Below, one piece after another: positions 9,376 to 16,233 of a stretch of DNA of 37,193 nucleotides (position 1 is the first letter of the stretch; each line of letters starts with the position of its first letter). A program made the translations under genes and the position numbers. Below the pieces are notes generated by a model, which saw only the letters and a program-made list of their open reading frames with translations, ran no database searches and had not been told where the DNA came from. This stretch comes from a candidate division WWE3 bacterium RIFCSPHIGHO2_01_FULL_42_13. GTDB taxonomy: Bacteria; Patescibacteriota; WWE3; UBA101185; UBA10185. The DNA lies in assembly GCA_001772625.1 (NCBI GenBank), contig MEVA01000016.1, forward strand, positions 298 through 37,490, in the 5' to 3' direction.

Positions 9376-10461
9376 TTACAACAGAGCTACCAATAATCCC
9401 AAAAAGGCAAATAAAGCTCCCACCAGCCAGAATCGCAGAGTCACCTTGGTTTCATGCCAGCCTAAAAGTTCAAAATGGTGGTGTACAGGTGCCATTCTGA
9501 ATAATCTCTTTTTCGTCAGGGCATACGAAAGCTGTTGTAACGGGCTGGAAATACCATCTAACAAGAAAACTATGGCGACAAGCAAAACCGCCACCTCTCT
9601 ATGCATAACTACACCTAAAACGGCAATTGTTGCCCCCAACACGTGTGAGCCCACGTTGCCCATAAAAATTCGCGCGGGGTTCACGTTAAAATATAAAAAT
9701 GGCAACAAGGCGCCTACAAAGGTCGCGCTAAAGAGTGCAAGTTCATTGTAATTTAGTTCGCTAGCCATAACCCACAGGGCAATGAAGGCTATTAATCCCA
9801 ACCCGCCTGCCAACCCATCCAAACCATCGGTAAAGGCAACGGAATTCAAAACCACTATAAACATGAGGAAAATTACCACGGGATATAACCACCCGATGTG
9901 AACATCGCCCAACAATGGAAACCAAATATAATCCCATCCCAATTTAAAATAAGTCCAGTATGAAACAAAACCGCCGATTAGAGACTGAATTAAAATCTTC
10001 TGGTAAGTTTTCATGCCTGACTCGTCAGAACTTCCAACTATTCGCCAAAATTCTTTAAATCCCCTCCAGGGTGTAAGCAGTGCTTGAATCATAAATCTTA
10101 AAGGCGCTATCAAAAAAATCTTTCCCAACCATACATTTCTAAAATAAAATCTAAAACCGGTTGTTTTATATATTTTTCCGAAATCTTCCATGATTCCAAA
10201 AAACCCGGCCATACATGCCACAAGGACGGGGAAAAGTGTTTGGGTTCTGGAACGGTTAAAAAGAAGTGTGATCACAGAGACGATTAGGATAAAAACCAGG
10301 CCACCCATTGTTGGGGTTCCGAGCTTTTTCAAATGGGATTTCGGTCCATTACCGCGGACTTCCTCACCCATGTGATATTTATAAACGAAATTAATCCAAA
10401 GCGGATAAAGTAAACCTGTTAAAACTACTGCTAAAAGTAAATAAAGGAGCTGCGCGTGCAT
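9376..10461 (-). CDS. mraY: MraY-family polyprenyl-phosphate transferase (atypical active site)
   Basis: GPKSHLKKLGTPTMGG, TDGLDGL, NPARIFMG and APVHHHFE motifs. The canonical DD and MGD motifs read ED and MGN. Confidence 0.9.
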   Translation of the reverse strand: MHAQLLYLLLAVVLTGLLYPLWINFVYKYHMGEEVRGNGPKSHLKKLGTPTMGGLVFILIVSVITLLFNRSRTQTLFPVLVACMAGFFGIMEDFGKIYKTTGFRFYFRNVWLGKIFLIAPLRFMIQALLTPWRGFKEFWRIVGSSDESGMKTYQKILIQSLIGGFVSYWTYFKLGWDYIWFPLLGDVHIGWLYPVVIFLMFIVVLNSVAFTDGLDGLAGGLGLIAFIALWVMASELNYNELALFSATFVGALLPFLYFNVNPARIFMGNVGSHVLGATIAVLGVVMHREVAVLLVAIVFLLDGISSPLQQLSYALTKKRLFRMAPVHHHFELLGWHETKVTLRFWLVGALFAFLGLLVALL

Positions 10462-10480
10462 ACTAAGTTTTAGTATATCA

Positions 10481-11809
10481 CTATTCTACGGCTGAAATGT
10501 TGGCCCCAAGGCTTGCGAGCTTGGATATAAAGTCTTCGTAACCGCGGGTTACATTTTCGAACCCTACAATCTCACTTTTACCCTCGGCGGCAAGGGCGGC
10601 TATAACTAAAGTCGCACCGGCACGCAAATCAGGCACATAAAGTTTTGTGCCGTGCAAAGGAGTCTTTCCGGTTATTTTAGCTACGCTTTTTGGTTCCCCA
10701 AGTTTTTCGAGATCATATGTATCGTCATTAACTTGTACTTCCAAACCTGATTCTTGAGGCGTGGTTAAATTTATTTTCGCACCCATTCTATTTAGATCCA
10801 CTGTGTAGCCAAATCGATCCCAGTAAATTGTGTCGTGGACAGTGCTTTCCCCGGAAACTTGCGTGAGAAGCAGCGTGATTAGGGGTTGCCAGTCGGTCAT
10901 GAAACCTGGGGCTGGCGCTGTTGTTATATCAACCGGTAGCAAATCCTCTCCAGATCTCCAAATTCTCATTTCATCGTCATTAATTTCAAACTTAGCCTCC
11001 ATTTTGGTTAAAACGTTCACAAACGAAAGTAAATGCGCGCGGTTAACACCTTTTATTGTCATGTTTCCGTTTGTAACAAGCGCAGCAACAGCGTAAGTTA
11101 CAACCTCATTCCTATCCGGCTGAACTGTAAAAGAAGCGCCGTTAAATTGCTTGCTGCCTGTAACTTTTATTCTTGTTGATTCCAATCTTTCTACTTTGCC
11201 GCCAAGAAGGTTTATAAACTCTATTAAATCATCAACTTCTGGTTCTTGAGCAGCGTTGTTTATTATTGTCTCTCCGTTTGCAAAGGCGGAAAAAAGAATA
11301 GCCATATCTGTTCCCATGTGTGTATTTCTCTGGAAATTAATATTGCTTCCAGACAAGGTCTGAGCGTCCAGGTAAATGAACTTTTCATCGTTTTTAACAC
11401 TTATGCCAAGCGCTTCCCACACACCAACCCACCTGTTAATAGGCCGCGGGCCAATTTTGCAACCGCCTGGAAACGGGACCACAGCCTTGCCAAATCTAAA
11501 AACTAATGGCGCGGCGTATAAAGGGGCTGTTCTATTTTTGCTACCAAGTTCATACGGGATTTCAAAAGTGTTGACGCCCGACCCATTTATCAAAAGCTTA
11601 TTTGTACCTAACCATTCAACCTTTCCTCCCAAAAGCTTTACAATTTCAAGGTCTGCGTCCAAGTTTTCTATTCTGGGAACATTATCAAAAACAACATCTT
11701 CGTTGCATAAAAGTGCAGCTGGGATTAATTTCAAAATAGAATTTTTCGAGCCGGAAGTTCTTACAGTTCCTACAAGAGGGTTGCCACCTTCAACTAAAAC
11801 GTTTGACAT
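10481..11809 (-). CDS. murA: UDP-N-acetylglucosamine 1-carboxyvinyltransferase
   Basis: GSKN, PGGCKIGPRP (catalytic Cys loop), PGFMTDWQ, DLRAG, RGYE. Confidence 0.96.
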   Translation of the reverse strand: MSNVLVEGGNPLVGTVRTSGSKNSILKLIPAALLCNEDVVFDNVPRIENLDADLEIVKLLGGKVEWLGTNKLLINGSGVNTFEIPYELGSKNRTAPLYAAPLVFRFGKAVVPFPGGCKIGPRPINRWVGVWEALGISVKNDEKFIYLDAQTLSGSNINFQRNTHMGTDMAILFSAFANGETIINNAAQEPEVDDLIEFINLLGGKVERLESTRIKVTGSKQFNGASFTVQPDRNEVVTYAVAALVTNGNMTIKGVNRAHLLSFVNVLTKMEAKFEINDDEMRIWRSGEDLLPVDITTAPAPGFMTDWQPLITLLLTQVSGESTVHDTIYWDRFGYTVDLNRMGAKINLTTPQESGLEVQVNDDTYDLEKLGEPKSVAKITGKTPLHGTKLYVPDLRAGATLVIAALAAEGKSEIVGFENVTRGYEDFISKLASLGANISAVE

Positions 11810-11812
11810 AAA

Positions 11813-12037
11813 CTAACTTAGAAAAACAATTACAAGAGAATTAATTACAAAAATTACTCCAAAAGTCACGGTTAAACCAAAAATTAACTTTTCAACACCT
11901 CTGCGTGTCCTGTAAAATCCACCAACATTACTAAAAGCGCTTGAAAGGCCAATGCCTTTGGACTGAATCAACACAAAAAGGGTTAGAAGGGCGGCGAGGA
12001 GTATTTGTAGTAATTTACTTAGGTTCAAAAAGTTCAT
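11813..12037 (-). CDS. secG: Preprotein translocase subunit SecG
   Basis: 74 aa, two TM helices, VLIQSKGIGLSSAF and TRRGVEK motifs. Confidence 0.92.
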   Translation of the reverse strand: MNFLNLSKLLQILLAALLTLFVLIQSKGIGLSSAFSNVGGFYRTRRGVEKLIFGLTVTFGVIFVINSLVIVFLS

Positions 12038-12039
12038 GC

Positions 12040-12450
12040 TTATCTTTTTTCACACAACCACTCAAAGAAGTGGTAAACAAAACTTAAAACAAACGCTGAA
12101 GCTGCGGCGGACTCAACCACCGAAAGCAGCCTTGATGGTAACACAAAGCCGAAAATTCTCAACTCGGGAAGCGTTGTTTCCACAATACTCAAATCCGTAA
12201 TAAAGATCGTCAGAATATACAGAACAGTAAGTGTGAGTAGGAAGTTTAAAAGTATAAAACCTAAGCCCATGTGTGGAAGAGACAGGATTCTAAGAATCGG
12301 GATTATGAACAGATTTAAGAGAACTAAAGCAACAAGAAGTAGGATCATGTTTTGTTCGGGATTCGCACCAAAGTCAATTCCACTAACAAGTCTTTGAGCT
12401 ATTTGAATAGAGGCGTACGAAATAAGAACTGAGCGTAAGATTAATCTCAT
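12040..12450 (-). CDS. YvlD-like / 'phage holin family' four-TM membrane protein
   Basis: Four hydrophobic segments with LNLFIIPILRILSLP, matching the N-x3-P-x6-LP pattern of this family; lies between uvrC and secG. Confidence 0.7.
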   Translation of the reverse strand: MRLILRSVLISYASIQIAQRLVSGIDFGANPEQNMILLLVALVLLNLFIIPILRILSLPHMGLGFILLNFLLTLTVLYILTIFITDLSIVETTLPELRIFGFVLPSRLLSVVESAAASAFVLSFVYHFFEWLCEKR

Positions 12451-12457
12451 GCATTAA

Positions 12458-13807
12458 TTATAACCCGCTACCTATCTTTCTCAACCTAAGCTGCATATGG
12501 TATTTTTTGGCAAACCTGTGCGCCTCATCCCTTAGTCTCTGCAAAAGCTTTAAACCTGCATTATCTTTTGACAGTGAAACTTCCGATAACCCGGACAAAA
12601 CTATAGTCTCAAGCCTTTTTGCCAGTCCGATAATGGGAATTGAGAGTCCAAGTTTCTGCAAAACCTCAACCGCTGCTGAAACCTGCCCCTTTCCACCATC
12701 TATCACAATTAAATCTGGCGTTCCCCACTTCTTCATATTTTTACTTTCAAGCTTCTCCCGCGCAAACCTTCGCCTTAAGACTTCTCGGATCATTTCAAAA
12801 TCATCTGGTGTTTCCTTAAACTTAATTCTAAATTTTCGGTATTCACTTTTATCAATACGCCCATCGGTTGCCACAACCATAGAACCCGTCGCGTCTTTTC
12901 CAAACAGATTTGAAATATCGTAACATTCAATCCTTGACGGGAGTCTTTTTAATTCAGGAATATTTGCAACCAACTCATCTAACGCTTGTGAAACTAAATC
13001 TTCAATTAAATAAGGGTTATCCATGTACTCTTCCGGATCTCTAAAGTTGCGGGTTATATAGTTTATTTTTGAAAGAAGATCCCGCTTTTGAGCCGCCTCC
13101 TCATATTTCATCTCTTTAGAAAGTTTTCTCATTTCTTTTTCCAGCGAACCTAGAAGTCTTGGACTTTCACCTTCTAAAAGTCTTTGGAGTTGTTTTATTT
13201 GAGCCTTATATTCATCAACGGAAACAGCATTGGTACAAGGCGCAGGACAAAGACCAACATGTCCATAAAAACACGGCGAGCCAAGACCCTGGTACCTTTG
13301 AAACTTGGAGGTAGAACAGTCTCTAAACGGAAACATTCGACGAAGAGTCCGTAGCAAATACTTTGCAACGGTTCCGTGAGCGTACGGGCCGTAGATTTTA
13401 TCATTAGGTTTTAGTTCAGTTGCACGCGCTGTAATCACTACTGGAAGTTTTACCGGTTTTCCATTAATCTTTACTTCCTCGTTTCGAATAACAATATGAA
13501 GCGAAGATTTGTCATCTTTTAAAGCGACGTTATATTTCGGATTGTGTTTTTTAATAAGAGAAGCTTCAAGAATTAATGCTTCAAGTTCCGTTTCAACTTC
13601 GATAGTATCCAGATCCACAATTTGTCTAACAAGAGCTGCAGTTTTTGAACTTGTGTCAATTGCTATAACAAAATAGGATTTAACCCTGTCATACAATCTT
13701 ATCGCTTTACCAACATAAATAACCTTCCCACTTTCATTTTTGAACATATAAATGCCTGGGCGTTTGGGGAGATTATTTACTTTTTGTAGAAGTTTGTTTG
13801 GAGACAC
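12458..13807 (-). CDS. uvrC: Excinuclease ABC subunit C, short form without C-terminal HhH domain
   Basis: GIY-YIG (PGIY...IYVGKA), four-Cys region, UVR motif, RNase H-like domain (IECYDIS, PDLIVIDGGKGQ, RDEAHRFA). GTG start. Confidence 0.93.
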   Translation of the reverse strand: MSPNKLLQKVNNLPKRPGIYMFKNESGKVIYVGKAIRLYDRVKSYFVIAIDTSSKTAALVRQIVDLDTIEVETELEALILEASLIKKHNPKYNVALKDDKSSLHIVIRNEEVKINGKPVKLPVVITARATELKPNDKIYGPYAHGTVAKYLLRTLRRMFPFRDCSTSKFQRYQGLGSPCFYGHVGLCPAPCTNAVSVDEYKAQIKQLQRLLEGESPRLLGSLEKEMRKLSKEMKYEEAAQKRDLLSKINYITRNFRDPEEYMDNPYLIEDLVSQALDELVANIPELKRLPSRIECYDISNLFGKDATGSMVVATDGRIDKSEYRKFRIKFKETPDDFEMIREVLRRRFAREKLESKNMKKWGTPDLIVIDGGKGQVSAAVEVLQKLGLSIPIIGLAKRLETIVLSGLSEVSLSKDNAGLKLLQRLRDEAHRFAKKYHMQLRLRKIGSGL

Positions 13808-13842
13808 AAAGGGATTTTATAGCTTAATTAGGGAATAGACAA
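13808..13842 (-). promoter_or_regulatory. Probable leaderless promoter for the uvrC-holin-secG-murA unit
   Basis: TTGTCT (13842-13837), 17 nt, TAAAAT (13819-13814), 6 nt, GTG. Confidence 0.55.
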
Positions 13843-13884
13843 AAAACAAGGCTTAGGAAAAGCGGTGATGCTCCTAAGCCTTGT
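13841..13884 (-). terminator. Intrinsic terminator of orphan gene 13908-14222
   Basis: Perfect 13-bp inverted repeat ACAAGGCTTAGGA / TCCTAAGCCTTGT with a T-run on the minus strand. Confidence 0.85.
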
Positions 13885-13907
13885 AAGATAGCTACGTTAG
13901 TACTTAC

Positions 13908-14222
13908 TTAACGGTAGCTTGGGTGCCGACGCCAATTGGCGCGCTGGGTCGGCGTAGCGTTGCGCAGGTATACCTTCGGCCGGTGAGTAGGGCTACCGCG
14001 GCCGCTGCGCACGAATGGGCGCTTGTTCCGGGGGTCACGCTTGCTCCACACCTGCTGCACGGGCTCTGATTTCTTGCCCAGCAGGACCGGTACCAAGTTG
14101 CCTGTAGTCGCGATATTGCGACGGACCGGCGAAAAGGTAGGGCGGCGCCCTGCGAACAGCATAGCAGCGCCACCAAGGAAAGCAAAAGCTACCAAAAAGA
14201 CTAAAATCAACGTCGGGTTCAC
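13908..14222 (-). CDS. Hypothetical small protein: N-terminal TM/signal segment plus Arg-rich tail
   Basis: GTG start 5 nt after AGGAGG, own promoter and terminator. 15 Arg + 5 Lys versus 2 acidic residues. GC-rich (84/120 GC over 13921-14040 by hand count). Confidence 0.75.
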   Translation of the reverse strand: MNPTLILVFLVAFAFLGGAAMLFAGRRPTFSPVRRNIATTGNLVPVLLGKKSEPVQQVWSKRDPRNKRPFVRSGRGSPTHRPKVYLRNATPTQRANWRRHPSYR

Positions 14223-14257
14223 CTAAGCCTCCTGAGCTTTTGAAAGGAATTTCTGTA

Positions 14258-14286
14258 ATTATACCCTATAATAGCTTTACGTGCAA
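14258..14286 (-). promoter_or_regulatory. Sigma70 promoter of orphan gene 13908-14222
   Basis: TTGCAC (14286-14281), 17 nt, TATAAT (14263-14258). Confidence 0.75.
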
Positions 14287-14334
14287 CCTATAGGTCCATA
14301 GCCACCTCTTACCGCATCTTGTATTATTAGTGCA

Positions 14335-16233
14335 ATGCCTAGAATACTAAAGTCGTTAACCTTAGCCACTTTTCTGATTATTACCTCTCTTTTGCTACCC
14401 CCCGCTTTGGCAGACGAGCTATTCGACACAGAATTCAATGTCGTCTACAACATCGCCCCAACCGGTGAAGCTAGCATTGTTCAAAACATAAAAATTACCA
14501 ACAAACAGGATGACGTGGTTGCGACAAATTATTCGCTAACCATAAAAGACATGAACATTTACGATGCGGCAGGAACTGATGATGAAGGTGAACTAAAACT
14601 TGAAACATCAAAAGACGTAAACACAACTACACTTAAAACAGAATTCAATGAACAAGTAATTGGAGCCGACAGAAGTTACGAATGGCAACTTAAATACAAG
14701 TCTGGAGATATTGCCACTAAAGTTGGCGAAGTTTGGAACGTACATATACCACAAGTTGAGGTTTTGGATTTAACTAAGGATTACAACGTAACGCTAGTGG
14801 TTCCAAAGGAATTTGGACCGGAAATTTTTATTTCGCCCCTACCAACAAAAGCAACTGATGAAGGTGCCTCAATAACCTATTTTTTTGATAAAAAAACCCT
14901 GGCCGAAAAAGGAATAACCGCGTCTTTCGGAAATTTTCAGACTCTAAACTTTCAACTCAAATATAACCTGTCCAACGAATCGGCTTTTACTTCATACCAG
15001 GAAATTGCTCTGCCACCGGATATTACTAATACACAGCAAGTTTTGTATAAATCATTGGAACCTAAACCCTACAGTTTTCATACAGATGATGACGGAAACC
15101 TAATTGCGACATATAAACTTGGCGGGCATGATGAGGTAGAGGTTATCCTCACCGGCTCTGCAAGAATTGCTGGCAAACAGATAAATCCGTTTTTTGGGGG
15201 AAGTTTGAGCGAAATACCGGGGGAGTTGAAGCGCAAGTACACCGGCGCGGAGAAATATTGGGAAGTAGACGCACCTATGATAAAGGATCTTGCCAGTTCA
15301 CTTAAAGATACAGGATTAACGACATCTCAAAACGCACAAAGGGTTTACGAATATGTAACTCAAAATCTCAAATACGATTTTGATATTGTAAATAAGTCTT
15401 TTGTCGATAGAAACGGCGCGTTAAACGCATTAACAAACCCCGGTCCATGGGCGTGCATGGAATTTACCGACTCATTTATTGCAATTACGCGTGCAATGGG
15501 GATTCCCGCCCGGGAATTAAATGGTTATGCTTTTGCCCAGGAAAGTAACCTCACTCCCCTATCAATAAATTTAAAAGGCGGGGACTTACTTCACTCGTGG
15601 GCGGAATTTTATGATCCTAATTTTGGTTGGGTGCAGGTTGATCCAACATGGGGAAATACTTCGGGGATTGATTACTTTACAAAACTAGACACAAACCACT
15701 TCGTATTTAGCATAAAGGGCACAAGTTCTGAATACCCGTTTCCTGCGGGCGCGTATAAAGTAACAGGAAACGAAAAGCAGGTTGAAGTGGATTTTGCCCA
15801 AAACCCAGAAGAAATAAACTTTAATGAGAATATAAAAGTTTACGAAGAAGCAAATCCAAGCCTTATACTAAAACTGCTTAGCCGCTTTAGGGAATTAAAA
15901 ACGTACACCATCTACAATCAGGATGGAATAAAACTTTACAACCTCAACCGAAAAAGACAAATCTTGCAACCCTTCTCTACTGCAACCGTTCAGCTTCCAA
16001 AAGACTCTAACGAATTGTATTTTGAAGATTTTACCGGAAAAGGAAAGGTTTTAAGTTTCGCGGTTTCGCAAGGCGAGCCGCCAGAAACGCCTAAACCAGT
16101 TTTTTCTCTTTTTGGAGTTGCTGCCTTAGCACTTCTGCTGTGTACGATGATTTATTGGCTGGCAATTCATCCCGAGGCCCTGAAAAAAGTATCTCGCCGC
16201 CTGCCTCACCGCCCTCAGGCCCAAGGTCAATAA
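14335..16233 (+). CDS. Secreted/membrane-anchored transglutaminase-like domain protein
   Basis: Signal peptide (ALA-D); Cys-His-Asp triad motifs ACMEF, HSWAEF, VDPTW; RAMGIPAR; C-terminal TM helix. Confidence 0.88.
   Translation: MPRILKSLTLATFLIITSLLLPPALADELFDTEFNVVYNIAPTGEASIVQNIKITNKQDDVVATNYSLTIKDMNIYDAAGTDDEGELKLETSKDVNTTTLKTEFNEQVIGADRSYEWQLKYKSGDIATKVGEVWNVHIPQVEVLDLTKDYNVTLVVPKEFGPEIFISPLPTKATDEGASITYFFDKKTLAEKGITASFGNFQTLNFQLKYNLSNESAFTSYQEIALPPDITNTQQVLYKSLEPKPYSFHTDDDGNLIATYKLGGHDEVEVILTGSARIAGKQINPFFGGSLSEIPGELKRKYTGAEKYWEVDAPMIKDLASSLKDTGLTTSQNAQRVYEYVTQNLKYDFDIVNKSFVDRNGALNALTNPGPWACMEFTDSFIAITRAMGIPARELNGYAFAQESNLTPLSINLKGGDLLHSWAEFYDPNFGWVQVDPTWGNTSGIDYFTKLDTNHFVFSIKGTSSEYPFPAGAYKVTGNEKQVEVDFAQNPEEINFNENIKVYEEANPSLILKLLSRFRELKTYTIYNQDGIKLYNLNRKRQILQPFSTATVQLPKDSNELYFEDFTGKGKVLSFAVSQGEPPETPKPVFSLFGVAALALLLCTMIYWLAIHPEALKKVSRRLPHRPQAQGQ

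Noticed and set aside
12040-12450. Prophage signalled by the holin-family gene
   Set aside because: No phage genes nearby; YvlD-like proteins are ordinary chromosomal membrane proteins.
13904-14185. Alternative 93-aa ORF overlapping the orphan gene
   Set aside because: No SD; the 13908-14222 frame has the SD, promoter spacing and a coherent TM segment.
13808-14334. Integron cassette or IS-derived insertion
   Set aside because: No convincing attC (RYYYAAC...GTTRRRY) pair, terminal inverted repeats, integrase or transposase. The 9-bp direct repeat overlaps the SD and terminator rather than bounding the unit.
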